A stretch of 29,815 nt of DNA from Gemmatimonadota bacterium (GTDB lineage: Bacteria > Gemmatimonadota > Gemmatimonadetes > Longimicrobiales > Gaopeijiaceae). Shown here piece by piece: positions 1-9,767 of the stretch. The notes below the pieces were generated by a model. The model saw only the letters and a list, made by a program, of their open reading frames with translations. It made no database searches and was not told where the DNA came from. Made by a program: the position numbers and the translations under genes. Location: positions 1 through 29,815 of the forward strand of contig JBDHHQ010000061.1 of NCBI GenBank assembly GCA_039589315.1, read 5' to 3'. Each line of letters begins with the position of its first letter. The stretch's first letter is position 1.

Positions 1-399
1 GTCATAGTCGAGGACGTGCGAGGTGATGCCGTTCAGCAGCGCGGCGTGCATGATGTCGAGGCGCTCCCTCCTTCCGAGCACGGTCGCCTCCGGTCTGCCC
101 GAGAATTCGGCCAGGGCGGCCAGGGCGCGATCGGTCGTGACGTGGCGCGCGCCGCCCAGGCAGCAACCGACCCAGTTGAACACCGAACGCACCGCTTCAT
201 AGCGCGCGCCCTCTGGAACGTCTTCCCATCTCGAGCCCACGACGTAGGCTGCGAGCTGCCGCGTGGCGTCTGGCGGAGTCGGCTCCTGCGCTCTCGAGGT
301 CGCGGCGCCGGCCACCATCGGCGTGATCGGCAGAGCGGTGCTGCCCAGCGCGATGCCGGACGCCTTGATGAAATTGCGTCGTGAGACGGAGTCGTTCAT
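1..399 (-). CDS. MmgE/PrpD family protein with twin-arginine (Tat) signal, 3' end runs off the window
   Basis: Not in the ORF track. Translated by hand from ATG 399: MNDSVSRRNFIKASGIALGSTALP...TRQLAAYVVGSRWEDVPE...NWVGCCLGG...AALLNGITSHVLDYD. NGxxSHxLDYD is the MmgE/PrpD signature; SRRNFIK is a Tat motif. Confidence 0.88.
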   Translation of the reverse strand, partial: MNDSVSRRNFIKASGIALGSTALPITPMVAGAATSRAQEPTPPDATRQLAAYVVGSRWEDVPEGARYEAVRSVFNWVGCCLGGARHVTTDRALAALAEFSGRPEATVLGRRERLDIMHAALLNGITSHVLDYD

Positions 400-602
400 G
401 TCGTAATCGCTCCGGGTTCAGTTGGCCGGGCACGAGGGGCATCTTCTTCCCGCACGAAGTGACTGCGCAAGGACTTCGCGTTGCGCGTGTACCGATCGGC
501 GATCCAAGCGGGCTCTCGTGCCTACGTCCCAACGCAGCATGTTCTCGCACAGGACCGCGCCCTAGATTGCTCTTCTGATCCCTTCGACAGCTCCATGGCC
601 CC

Positions 603-995
603 GTGACGAACGACCAATTCGCCGAATTGAAATCGCTGATTCTCCGGAATTCCGCGGCCATCGATCGCAACTACGAGCTGATCGGTCGAAACTCCGAGAT
701 GATCGGCCGGAACTACGAGCTGATCGGTCGAAACTCCGAGATGATCGGTCGGAACTCCGAGATGATCGGTCGGAACTACGAGATGATCGGCCGAGTCTAC
801 GAGGAACACTCAGCCAGATTCGACCAGGTGGAGGGGCGATTCTCAGGCGTCGAGGACCGACTGACCGGTGTCGAGGACGGACTGACCCGTGTCGAGCGCA
901 GGCTGGACAACGTCGAGCGCGAATCAGCGGACTTCCGAGCCGAGTGGCGCAGCGCGTACGGTCGGTTCGAAGACCGAAGGGCGCTGGAGGACTGA
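603..995 (+). CDS. Small heptad-repeat coiled-coil protein (hypothetical)
   Basis: 130 aa ORF, GTG start. IGRN(S/Y)E(M/L) heptads are followed by VExR(L/F)xx heptads in continuous register. Confidence 0.75.
   Translation: MTNDQFAELKSLILRNSAAIDRNYELIGRNSEMIGRNYELIGRNSEMIGRNSEMIGRNYEMIGRVYEEHSARFDQVEGRFSGVEDRLTGVEDGLTRVERRLDNVERESADFRAEWRSAYGRFEDRRALED
660..806 (+). repeat. Seven 21-bp in-frame tandem repeats, consensus ATCGGYCGRAACTMCGAGMTG
   Basis: Read directly; units encode IDRNYEL IGRNSEM IGRNYEL IGRNSEM IGRNSEM IGRNYEM IGRVYEE. Confidence 0.95.
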
Positions 996-1116
996 AGGCT
1001 GGTCCAGCTTCGAGTCGAGATCAAGACCCGCCCCTGATCATTGGGATTGGTCCGATTGGTGCCAGAGGAGCTCCACGACCATCACGAGCGAGGGCGCGTT
1101 CGCCATGCTACGCGTC

Positions 1117-1716
1117 TCATGACGCGGCAAAGGCCGCGATGGCGATCCCCATGGCGAGTGCGCCCAAGACGGACGCGACGAGGCCCGACCACCGGCCGAT
1201 CTTGCCCCCAAACAGAACAACGGCCTCGGAATATTGGTCAACCTGGCTTCCCTGGTGCCAGAAGTCTTCGAAGCGAAGGGTCTCGAGCCGTACGGACGCG
1301 CCGAACCAGTCCTCATGGAGCACGGTGACGTCACCCACCAAGCTCGGCACTTTCATCGGGATGTTCATCTCGCCCGCGAGCGGGCTGCCGAGACCGACAT
1401 CGATCACCCAGCCCCGCTCGAGGAATCGTCGATATCGCCCTTGCACCCCCACGGATAGGCCTTCGTGTACCATCGCGTAGACCGATAGCCCGAGGGCGGA
1501 CCGCTCCCCAACGCTACGTGCCGCCCCGAGGTTGGTGCCGAGGCGATATCCCGCGATGGCTGGCTCCTCTGCACTTCCCAATTGGAAGTATCCAAAGAAC
1601 TCGGTGAGCCATCTTGTCCCGCACCACTCGGCATCCACCGGCGGCTCCGGCAATCCCCGGCCGCGCCCGGAACGAGGGCGCGCGCCTCCGACAGTTCCGT
1701 CATCCCTCGCCGTCAC
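1117..1716 (-). CDS. Hypothetical protein, beta-strand rich with C-terminal hydrophobic segment; start uncertain
   Basis: 199 aa ORF with amphipathic strand-like segments (SALGLSVYA, WVIDVGLG, WFGASVRLE) and a hydrophobic tail. The N-terminus looks atypical and no signal peptide is visible. Confidence 0.55.
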   Translation of the reverse strand: MTARDDGTVGGARPRSGRGRGLPEPPVDAEWCGTRWLTEFFGYFQLGSAEEPAIAGYRLGTNLGAARSVGERSALGLSVYAMVHEGLSVGVQGRYRRFLERGWVIDVGLGSPLAGEMNIPMKVPSLVGDVTVLHEDWFGASVRLETLRFEDFWHQGSQVDQYSEAVVLFGGKIGRWSGLVASVLGALAMGIAIAAFAAS

Positions 1717-2262
1717 TGAGCAGCAGACCGACCTCCCCTCGTGACGCCAGCCTCGCGGGACCCGACGCGGCGACGAGCCCCACGAGAGCTAGGACGGCTG
1801 AGACGGCGCCGATCGTCTGAAGGTCGACAGGCGCGACTTCCCGTAGAGGAAGCTCTGGATGATGTGCACGAAGAAGACTGCGACGATCAGGCCGACAATC
1901 AATCCGCTTCCCACGGACGCCAATCCGTCCACCAGCACCATCCGCCCGAGGGCTCCAGGCGAAGCGCCCACCGCCTGTCTGATCGCGAACTCGCCCCGAC
2001 GCCTCCGGCCGTTGTACAGCAGCATTCCGTAGAGCCCGAGCCCGGCCATGGCCAGCGCGAGTCCGGCGAACACTCCGGTCCGGGTGGCCCCCCGACCGAC
2101 CCCCACCACCTCGTTGCCCATGACCACGTCCAGGCGCTCGACCCAGTGGATGGCCGCGGCAGGATCGACGGAGCCCAGGGCCCGGCGCAGGCCGGGGAAC
2201 ATCCCGTACAGGTCCCCGTCGCCGTACTCGATGAGGACCGAGTAGAAGGTCGAGCTCCACAA
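1700..2262 (-). pseudogene. Truncated, frameshifted C-terminal fragment of an FtsX/ADOP-type permease
   Basis: ORF 1789..2262 has GLYGMLLY...RRRGEFAIRQAVGA...SFLYG. The expected ending EVAPVDLQTIGAVSAVLALVGLVAASGPARLASR is in the frame of ORF 1700..2278, with a shift near 1840. An in-frame stop lies upstream near 2311. Confidence 0.75.
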
Positions 2263-2418
2263 GCGGAGGCGGTAACACGGGTCAAGGGGTGCCTGGGGCC
2301 GTCGACGACCTCAGCGATTGGGGCGGGGCTCGACTGCTGGCGAGCGCCCTGTACGGCGTCGAGTCCTGGAACCCCTGGATCCACGGGACCGTAGCGATCC
2401 TGCTTCCCGTCGTCGCCC

Positions 2419-5136
2419 TCAGCGACCCACCCTCTCTTCGAGCACGCTGAAAAAGTTCTGGACCACGATGAGCTCACTCACGTCTTCGTCGGCTGCACCC
2501 CCGACCTGGAGCATCATGAAACGCTGGTCGTCCGGCCCCACGTCCCAACTCGCGTAGTTCGGAGCTCCGTCGAGGAAGCGCTCAGTCATCGAGAAGAGGG
2601 TCCTGCGCTGTCCGACGGCGAAGCGGGGCTCTGTCTGGACCTGAGCCGCGACCAGATCGCCGTCACCATTGATGAAGAAGATCTCGTCTTCGCTGTGCGC
2701 CCACTTCGGATTGATCCCGCCCGACGTCGAGATCTGCCACTTCCCTTCGTCGGAGTCGGGGAAGGGGCGGACGTAGACCTCGTCCCGCCCGGTCTCCGTC
2801 GACTCGTACGCGATCCAACGTCCACTGGGCGACAGCGCGACGCCCTTCTCGTCGTACGGCTCCGTTGCGACCGGGAAGGCCTCGGCCTCCCCGACGCGGA
2901 GTCCGACGAGGTCCCGCACTCCGACCGCGCCGCTGAGCCCCCCGAGGCGCAGGACGTACATCGATTGGTCTGGCGTCAAACGCGCCTCGAGAATCGACGC
3001 CTCCAGGTCGAGGAGCTTCTCCGGGGTGCCTGTGCCGTCGGCCGGCTGCGACCAGAGATCGTAGTGGCTGCTACCCTCACCGGCGCGATCGGAAGTGTAG
3101 AAGATTCGCTCCCCGTCGGTCGACCAGCGCGGACGTCGATCGATTCCGTCGTCGAAGGTGAGGCGCGAGAGCGGGCCGTCGGGCAGCTCCTTAACCCAGA
3201 TGTCTTCACCGGCGTCCGTGCTGATCTTGGCCGCCAGCCGGGTGCCATCCGGCGACAGGACAAGCGCCGCCTCCGGCATCCCGGGGTCGAACTCCCAGGT
3301 GGAATCGACTGGGGTGACGTTGCCCGAGCGGTCGACCCACACAGCACGGCCGAGCGCAGACGTGAGCGAGCCCGCCATGTAGAGGAGCGTGCCGTCCTCG
3401 CCGATGGCGAAGTCTGCCGAGCCGAACTGTCCGACCGCGACCCCGTCGGTGAGCACGGCCGGTGGGCCGAGCTCCCCGTCGCCGGGATCGAATCGGGCGG
3501 CCAGGAGCTGCCCGTCAGGCGTCACGTACACCAGGTGCCCGGAGGGCGAGTACCGCGCCATCGCGGCTGCCGCGATGATCCGCTTTTCTCCCGATTCAAG
3601 ATCGAAGAGCGCGATCCGGTAGGCGTCCACGTCCGAGGGTGGCTCGTACCCGATCGTCGCGAGCATCTTCCTGCTCCCCGGAAGGACCTGTTGCCAGGCG
3701 TGGAAAACCTCACGGGTCACCGTGTCCGGTTGCGTGATCGCCTCGAGCTGTCCTCCCGCCTCCGGGACCCGCGCAATCCCGCCTCCGTCGGCCTGTGACC
3801 GATCGGTATAGAGAAACCCGTCATCGCCCCAGGACAGCGAGTTGGCCGCGACACCCTCCGTCGCGACCGTGAGTGGGGGGGCGCCGGAAAGCGACACGAC
3901 CTTGATCTCGTTCGGCGCTTGGTTGTGGAAGGCGACTTGGGAGCCATCGGGTGAGAACACCGGATTGAGAGCCCCCTCGGTTCCGTTCAAGGAAACGGGC
4001 CCCAACTGGTCGCGGGGGCGCACCCAGAGCTGTTGAGCGACGCCCGCCTCGTCGGACGGCCCGACGTACACGATCGTTGCCCCGTCGGGCGAGATCGTGA
4101 CGTTCGCGCCGTACGAACGGGCGGGGTCGTGGCCCTCGGGAAGCATGACGCCGTACCGCGTGACCGGCACATCGCCGCCACCTGACATCACCGCCCACGC
4201 CGCCACCCCACCGAAGAGCACCGCCGCGACCGACGCCACGATCGCGAGACCCCTCCACGGGCCTGGCGCCACTACGTCCGCCGCGACGTCTCCATGGCGG
4301 AAACCGGCGTCCTGCAGGGCCTTCGAGAACTCCTCAGCAGTCGCGAAGCGGTCCGCCGAGATCTTCTCGAGCCCCTTCCGCACCGCGGCGTCCACGTTGG
4401 GCGCGACGGAGGGGCGCTGTCGGGTGACCGGCGCGTACTCGCCCGAGATGATGCGGCCGAGCACCGCCTGCGCCGTCTGCCCCGGGAACGGCGGCTCGCC
4501 GACGAGCATCTCGTAGAGCACACAGGTGAGCGCGTAGATGTCACTCTGAGGGCCGATGTGCTGGTCACCCGTCGCCTGCTCCGGGCTCATGTAGTACGGC
4601 GTGCCCACGCTGAGACCGGTCTCGGTGAGCCGCGCGCCTCCTGCGGCGCCGACCGCCAGCGCGATGCCGAAGTCCGCGATGACCGGCTGGCCGTCCTGCA
4701 GCAGGATGTTCGCCGGCTTGATGTCGCGGTGGATGATGCCCTTGCGGTGCGCGTGGTCGAGCGCCCCCGCCAGCGAGACCGCGACGGCTACGGCCTCGTG
4801 CACCGGCAGCTGCCGCTCTCGGTCCAGTCGGTCGCGTAGCGTCTCTCCGTCCACGTACGGCATGACGTAGAAGAGGAAGCTGTCGGCCTCGCCCGAGTCG
4901 AAGAGCGGCAAGATATGTGGATGCTGTAGATTCGCCGTCGTCTCGATCTCGGTCAGGAACCGATCGGCGCCGACCACGGCGGCGAGCTCGGGTTTCAGGA
5001 CCTTGAGCGCGACCTTGCGGCTGTGCTTCACGTCCTGCGCGAGGTAGACGGTGGCCATGCCACCCTCGCCGAGCTTCTTTTCGATCTCGTAACGGCCCTG
5101 CAGGGCAGCGCTCAGCCGCTCGATTGTGTCGGACAT
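2419..5136 (-). CDS. Hanks-type Ser/Thr protein kinase with TM helix and C-terminal TolB/PD40-like beta-propeller repeats
   Basis: Motifs GEGGMATV, VALK, HRDIKPAN, DFG, GTPYYMSPEQ; TM segment LAIVASVAAVLFGGVAAWAV; repeated SPDG-type motifs. Confidence 0.95.
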   Translation of the reverse strand: MSDTIERLSAALQGRYEIEKKLGEGGMATVYLAQDVKHSRKVALKVLKPELAAVVGADRFLTEIETTANLQHPHILPLFDSGEADSFLFYVMPYVDGETLRDRLDRERQLPVHEAVAVAVSLAGALDHAHRKGIIHRDIKPANILLQDGQPVIADFGIALAVGAAGGARLTETGLSVGTPYYMSPEQATGDQHIGPQSDIYALTCVLYEMLVGEPPFPGQTAQAVLGRIISGEYAPVTRQRPSVAPNVDAAVRKGLEKISADRFATAEEFSKALQDAGFRHGDVAADVVAPGPWRGLAIVASVAAVLFGGVAAWAVMSGGGDVPVTRYGVMLPEGHDPARSYGANVTISPDGATIVYVGPSDEAGVAQQLWVRPRDQLGPVSLNGTEGALNPVFSPDGSQVAFHNQAPNEIKVVSLSGAPPLTVATEGVAANSLSWGDDGFLYTDRSQADGGGIARVPEAGGQLEAITQPDTVTREVFHAWQQVLPGSRKMLATIGYEPPSDVDAYRIALFDLESGEKRIIAAAAMARYSPSGHLVYVTPDGQLLAARFDPGDGELGPPAVLTDGVAVGQFGSADFAIGEDGTLLYMAGSLTSALGRAVWVDRSGNVTPVDSTWEFDPGMPEAALVLSPDGTRLAAKISTDAGEDIWVKELPDGPLSRLTFDDGIDRRPRWSTDGERIFYTSDRAGEGSSHYDLWSQPADGTGTPEKLLDLEASILEARLTPDQSMYVLRLGGLSGAVGVRDLVGLRVGEAEAFPVATEPYDEKGVALSPSGRWIAYESTETGRDEVYVRPFPDSDEGKWQISTSGGINPKWAHSEDEIFFINGDGDLVAAQVQTEPRFAVGQRRTLFSMTERFLDGAPNYASWDVGPDDQRFMMLQVGGAADEDVSELIVVQNFFSVLEERVGR

Positions 5137-5388
5137 TGCGGGCTCTGTTGGAGGGACCCGGGAGGATCAGGCGATCGACGTCATGGCAGCCAAGATGCGG
5201 CAGAGGCGCAACGTCGTACAGGGCCCAGGCCCTCAGCCCTGTCGACGGACGTAGGACTTCTGGAGTAGACCAGCGCCCCCGCACTTCGGCCGGTACGACA
5301 TCCTGAATGGCGCCGCAAGCAAGGAGGGCCTATGCTGAGTAGCCCACGGGCGCGGCAGTCGCCCAACCTTCCGGCAAGAGCACCTCCA

Positions 5389-5868
5389 ATGGTCACACCC
5401 ATTCCTGCAGCTCTTCACCACACATGCTTCGTCGTCCGGGATCTAGAAGAGGCGGCTCGCAAGCTGTCGGCCTCTTTGCGTATCGGGCCCTGGAATGTCT
5501 GGACGATTGAGCCTGCGGAGTCCGAGGTCCGTGGCGTCGCCCAGCGGTTTTCCTTCCGCGTTGCCCTGACCGAGATCGGTGGGGGTTCGTACGAGTTGAT
5601 CACCCCCCACACTGGCAGGAGCGTCTACAACGAGCACCTAGAGCAGCACGGTGACGGGTTCCATCACACCTGCCTCGTCTATCCTACACTGGAAGCCGTG
5701 CGAGAAGCCAAGGCCGCGCTGCTTCAGGAAGGGCGTGAGATGCTCCAGCAAGGCAGCGGAGGAGACGTGTTCGACTTCGCGTACTTCGAGTTTCCCGAAA
5801 TCGGGTCACCCGTCGAAGTGCTCTTCCTCGACGCAGATCAACTTCCGCCCCCGGAAGCAGTCGTCTGA
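5389..5868 (+). CDS. VOC family protein (glyoxalase / methylmalonyl-CoA epimerase-like)
   Basis: LHHTCFVVRDLEEA, GPW, YELITP, GDGFHHTC and a C-terminal VEVL give the paired His/Glu metal-ligand pattern. ATG 5389 chosen over 5332. Confidence 0.85.
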   Translation: MVTPIPAALHHTCFVVRDLEEAARKLSASLRIGPWNVWTIEPAESEVRGVAQRFSFRVALTEIGGGSYELITPHTGRSVYNEHLEQHGDGFHHTCLVYPTLEAVREAKAALLQEGREMLQQGSGGDVFDFAYFEFPEIGSPVEVLFLDADQLPPPEAVV

Positions 5869-5882
5869 CGAGCCGTCCGGCT

Positions 5883-5975
5883 GGTTGTTGGCGGTGTTGC
5901 AGGCGGCTGATGTGCGGCCGCCGATACAGCCGAGCCGAACCGGCACGCGTGGATACCCGCTGCAAGCTAATCGCG
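5883..5975. other. Long imperfect hairpin between convergent genes (terminator-like or degenerate attC-like)
   Basis: TTGCAG(G)CGG 5897-5906 pairs with CCGCTGCAA 5957-5965 with one bulge; no U-tract and no canonical core. Confidence 0.3.
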
Positions 5976-5995
5976 GGTCGGTCGGTGCGGCCGAC

Positions 5996-8704
5996 TCACT
6001 CCGCTCTCAAGGCCCCCACAGGATCGATTCGGGTCACACGCCTTGCCGGAATCCAGGCGGCGGCCAGGGCAATGACGCCCAGCACGACCGGCACGGTCAA
6101 GAAGGTCGCAGGATCGAGCGGAGGCACGCCATATAGCAGTCGTGACAGCAGCTGTGAGAGCCCGGCAGCAACCAACAAACCCACGACCCCGCCCACCGCG
6201 ACCAGCTTCATGCCATTCCCGGTCAGCATGCGGATCACCGAGCCGGTATCGGCGCCGAGCGACAGCCGAATGCCGACCTCTTTCGCCCGCCGCGATACGG
6301 CGTAGCTCACGACTCCGTACAAGCCGATGCTCGCCAGCAGCAGGGCCAGCAGGGCGAAGCTGGTCACCACCATCGCGCCAAGCTCACGTGCGATCAGCAT
6401 GCTGGCCAGATGGCGCTCCATGGTCTTGCTCTCGACAACCATGATCTCCGGATCGAGCTCGCGCGCTGCGGTGAGCATCTCGAGCGCGACCCGGTCGGCG
6501 TCGCGGCCGGTCCGTGCCAGGATCGTTACGAATCTCGTGTACGTCTGCCGGTGGAACCGGTACACGAAGGGGCGCGTCTCCTCGCCCAAATGGCGGACCT
6601 TGTGGTCCCCGGTGATCCCGACGACCTGCGTTTCCACATCGTTGATGACGATCGTTCGGCCCAGAGCATCGCCCGTCGGGAAGAACCGGCGCGCGAACTC
6701 CTCGCTGATCAGGACCGCTGGCTCCCCGTCCTCCACGTCGCTCGTGTTGAATCCTCGTCCGGAGACGACCGGCACGCCCGCAGCGTCCAGGAAGCCCTCG
6801 TCGATGACTCCGTAGTCGACCCGGTGGAAGTCCTCTCCCGGTGGCGGCTCGACGCCGGCACCGACCACGCGCACGTGCTGCGTGCTAAGCGGGTTGAGGT
6901 GGAGGTTGTCGATGAAGCCAACGGCCGACACGCCCTGGATCTGCCCGATCCGCTCCGTGAGGGACGCGATGTAGACGCGCCCTTCCTCCGTCGGGTATCG
7001 ATCCGTGGGCAGGTTGATCTGCAGGATGCCGGTCGGCGCGTCACCGAAGCCCGGATCGATGAGCCGCGAAGCGTCGAGGCTCCGTAGGAACAGCCCCGCG
7101 CCCACCAACAGCACGACCGAGACCGCGACCTGCCCGACGACAAGAAAGCTCCTCAGCCTGGCGCGCTTGCCCCGGCCCCCGCCGGCGGTCTCGTCACGCA
7201 GTGTCGGTGCGAGGTCCGGATTGGTGCTCTGGAGTGCTGGCGCGAGGCCGAACAGCACGCCGGCTCCCAGCGTGAGGAGTACGCTGAAGGCCAGAACCGT
7301 GTTGTCCAACGACAGGTCGAGCGTGATCGGAAGCGGCAAGGGGAGGTCTGCGGCGACCAGCGCATCGAGGGATTTCGTGGCGAGAACCACACCCACGAGG
7401 CCGCCCAGCCCCGACAGCATCACCGTCTCGGTCAGGAGCTGTCCGATCAGAGTCTTGCGCGTTGCCCCCATCGCGAGCCGAACGGCGATCTCCTTCCTCC
7501 GATCGGCGGCCCGCGCCAGAAGGAAGCTCGCGAGATTCGCACACGCGATGAGCAGCACGAGGGCCACGACGCCCATCAACATCCCGGCAGCAGGGACGAT
7601 CACGCGATCGAGCATCGGGTTCATGATCACGTCGGCGGTGGGGACGAGGACCAACGCCTTGGACTGCGTCCAATTCTCTGGGTGCTCCTCACGGAGCGTG
7701 ACCGAGATGCGGTCGACCGTGGCCTCGGCCTGGGCGAGGGTGGCCCCCGGCGCGAGCCGGGCCTTGCCGAAGAAGCTCTGCCGCCCCCGGGCCTCGAGAA
7801 GGCCCGATGTGGAACCCTGGAGCTCGTCGTACATCATGATCGGCACGAACGCCGATGGCTCGATTCCCCGAAGCGTCCCCCTGTAGCCCTCTGGTGCGAC
7901 GCCAATCACGGTGTAGGGCCGTCCGGCGAGCCGGAGCTCCGTGCCGACCACGCCGGGATCGCCCGCGAAACGGCTGGTGAAGTAGGAATGGCTGAGCACG
8001 ACCACCGGATGGGCGCCTGGAGCGACGTGGTCTTCGTCCGTCAGGAGTCGACCCAGGGCAGGCTTCACGCCGAGCAGCGAGAAGTAGTTGCCCGTGACGG
8101 CCTCTGCGGGGATCACCTCTACGCCGACGTCGACATCGAGCTGGATCAGTGTGAGCTGAGAGCCACCGACCTGCGTGAACACATCGGGAGTGCCCTCGAT
8201 CACGTCCAGGTAGTCGGGATAGGAGAGGGTTCCGTGCGAGAAGCCCTCCGAGGCCACGTACACGTCGACCAACGTCTCGGGATCCTCGAACGGTTGCTCC
8301 CGGATGATCACGGCGTTGACCAGGCTGAAGATCGCCGTGTTCGCGCCGATGCCCAGGCCGAGCGACCCGATGGCTGTGAGCGTGAAGACCGGCGCCTTCG
8401 CGAGCCGTCGTATTGCGTAGCGGACGTTGCGGACCCACCCCTCCACGACTCCCTCCCATGTCGTCTGTCCACCAGCGTCGAGCCGCTTCGGTCGACGGCC
8501 CCGTTTCCTTCGCTGCCCCAGGTAGCGCAGGGCGACGCCCATCGCGTCTCGCACGTAGAAGAGCCGAGCCCGAAGGGGACTCCTCGCGGCACGCGTCAAG
8601 AACTCCTCGTGCAGGTCGCCCAGGATGGCTGCCGAACGGGGAGTAGGCGGGAGCGCGGCCTGCAGGAGCCGCGTCACGAGGCGAGGCGGTTCGATGCGCT
8701 TCAT
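5996..8704 (-). CDS. ADOP-type duplicated ABC permease (2x MacB periplasmic + FtsX) with N-terminal permease-prefix extension
   Basis: NVRYAIRRL, LGIGANTAIFSLVN, LLIACANLA, EIAVRLAMGA, GLYGVVSY, EVGIRLSLGA, DPVGALRAE. ATG 8704 overlaps the PadR stop (ATGA). Confidence 0.93.
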   Translation of the reverse strand: MKRIEPPRLVTRLLQAALPPTPRSAAILGDLHEEFLTRAARSPLRARLFYVRDAMGVALRYLGQRRKRGRRPKRLDAGGQTTWEGVVEGWVRNVRYAIRRLAKAPVFTLTAIGSLGLGIGANTAIFSLVNAVIIREQPFEDPETLVDVYVASEGFSHGTLSYPDYLDVIEGTPDVFTQVGGSQLTLIQLDVDVGVEVIPAEAVTGNYFSLLGVKPALGRLLTDEDHVAPGAHPVVVLSHSYFTSRFAGDPGVVGTELRLAGRPYTVIGVAPEGYRGTLRGIEPSAFVPIMMYDELQGSTSGLLEARGRQSFFGKARLAPGATLAQAEATVDRISVTLREEHPENWTQSKALVLVPTADVIMNPMLDRVIVPAAGMLMGVVALVLLIACANLASFLLARAADRRKEIAVRLAMGATRKTLIGQLLTETVMLSGLGGLVGVVLATKSLDALVAADLPLPLPITLDLSLDNTVLAFSVLLTLGAGVLFGLAPALQSTNPDLAPTLRDETAGGGRGKRARLRSFLVVGQVAVSVVLLVGAGLFLRSLDASRLIDPGFGDAPTGILQINLPTDRYPTEEGRVYIASLTERIGQIQGVSAVGFIDNLHLNPLSTQHVRVVGAGVEPPPGEDFHRVDYGVIDEGFLDAAGVPVVSGRGFNTSDVEDGEPAVLISEEFARRFFPTGDALGRTIVINDVETQVVGITGDHKVRHLGEETRPFVYRFHRQTYTRFVTILARTGRDADRVALEMLTAARELDPEIMVVESKTMERHLASMLIARELGAMVVTSFALLALLLASIGLYGVVSYAVSRRAKEVGIRLSLGADTGSVIRMLTGNGMKLVAVGGVVGLLVAAGLSQLLSRLLYGVPPLDPATFLTVPVVLGVIALAAAWIPARRVTRIDPVGALRAE

Positions 8705-9033
8705 CCGGCGTCCAGCGCTTCCTCGAGCCCGTCCCACAGGGTCATGAGCGCGAGCCGCGATTTGCGGAGCTCGGCCATGCCCTCGGCCGTGACACGCACG
8801 ATGCGGCGTGGCCGCCCGCCCCGGTGGGGGCTCGATTGCGACATCTCAGACGCGATCCAGCCCTTCGTCTCCATCCGGTCGAGGGTCACGTAGACCGAGC
8901 CTCGGGAGACCCTTCGCCCGATCCGACCCTCCAGCTCCTCCATCAGCCGCACGCCGTAGGCCTCCCCGCCCAGTCTCAGCGCCGCGAGTAGCAGCATCTG
9001 CTCGAACTCTCCGACGTAGCCTTGGCGACCCAT
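8701..9033 (-). CDS. PadR family transcriptional regulator
   Basis: MGRQGYVGEFEQMLLLA...AYG...GSVYVTLDRMETKG...RGGRPRR. It is the last 110 aa of track ORF 8701..9504. Confidence 0.92.
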   Translation of the reverse strand: MGRQGYVGEFEQMLLLAALRLGGEAYGVRLMEELEGRIGRRVSRGSVYVTLDRMETKGWIASEMSQSSPHRGGRPRRIVRVTAEGMAELRKSRLALMTLWDGLEEALDAG

Positions 9034-9352
9034 GACGTGATCCCGGTTAGAGGAGTTTTCCGACTTTGTATGATAAATACGGAAAGGTGAGGGGGCGAGT
9101 TTCAGGTGCGGCTGTTCCGGGCAAGGAGCCTTTAGACGCTGGACGAGGGGTTGGCCCCGTACGTCCAATGCCCTCGCGCCCAACCACGTTGAGACGGTCA
9201 CGTTCTCCGATCCCTCCAATCCCATTTCCCTACCGCCAACGCCGTGCGTTGATCGACCAGCGGGAGCGAAACGGCGGTGGCCGGTCGGCTCGTCGCCTGT
9301 GCTCCCGTCGGGATCGCCTGAAACCTCTCCTGAACTGTACTCGTAGAGTCTC

Positions 9353-9382
9353 TTGAGATATCCTCGCATTTGAAGCAATAAT
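9353..9382 (+). promoter_or_regulatory. Putative sigma70 promoter for the plus-strand padR-permease operon
   Basis: TTGAGA (9353-9358), 17-18 nt spacer, CAATAAT (9376-9382), in an AT-rich patch about 50 bp upstream of the start. Confidence 0.45.
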
Positions 9383-9428
9383 CGTGGAAGTGGAGTGGGA
9401 AACGCACCCCCAACGACGGAAGAGCCAC

Positions 9429-9767
9429 GTGGCCAAAGGTGATTACCTCGGTGAGTTCGAGCAGGTAGTTCTTCTAGCCCTGGCCCGACTGGGCGAAGAC
9501 GCACACGGCACCTTGATCCGGGGCGAGATCGCGGACCGCACGGGCCGGGAAGTCACCATCGGTTCGTTGTACAGCGCCCTGGACCGGATGGAGCGCAAGG
9601 GATACGTGAGCTCGCGTCTGGGCGATCCAACCCCCGAGCGGGGCGGCCGGGCCAAGCGCCACTACCGGCTCGAGTTGCCCGGCCTCCATGCCCTGAACCG
9701 CTCTCGCGAGATGCATGAGAGGCTCTGGGAGGGACTCGAGCTGGACCCCGAGCGGTTCGTCACATGA
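9429..9767 (+). CDS. PadR family transcriptional regulator
   Basis: GTG start; AKGDYLGEFEQVVLLA...GSLYSALDRMERKG...RGGRAKRHY; paralogous to 8701..9033. Confidence 0.92.
   Translation: MAKGDYLGEFEQVVLLALARLGEDAHGTLIRGEIADRTGREVTIGSLYSALDRMERKGYVSSRLGDPTPERGGRAKRHYRLELPGLHALNRSREMHERLWEGLELDPERFVT

Noticed and set aside
660..806. CRISPR array
   Set aside because: Units are contiguous with no unique spacers, are in frame, and vary mainly at codon level; no cas genes are present.
9034..9504. N-terminal extension of the minus-strand PadR (track ORF 8701..9504)
   Set aside because: Covers the promoter region and overlaps the other padR; homology starts at ATG 9033.
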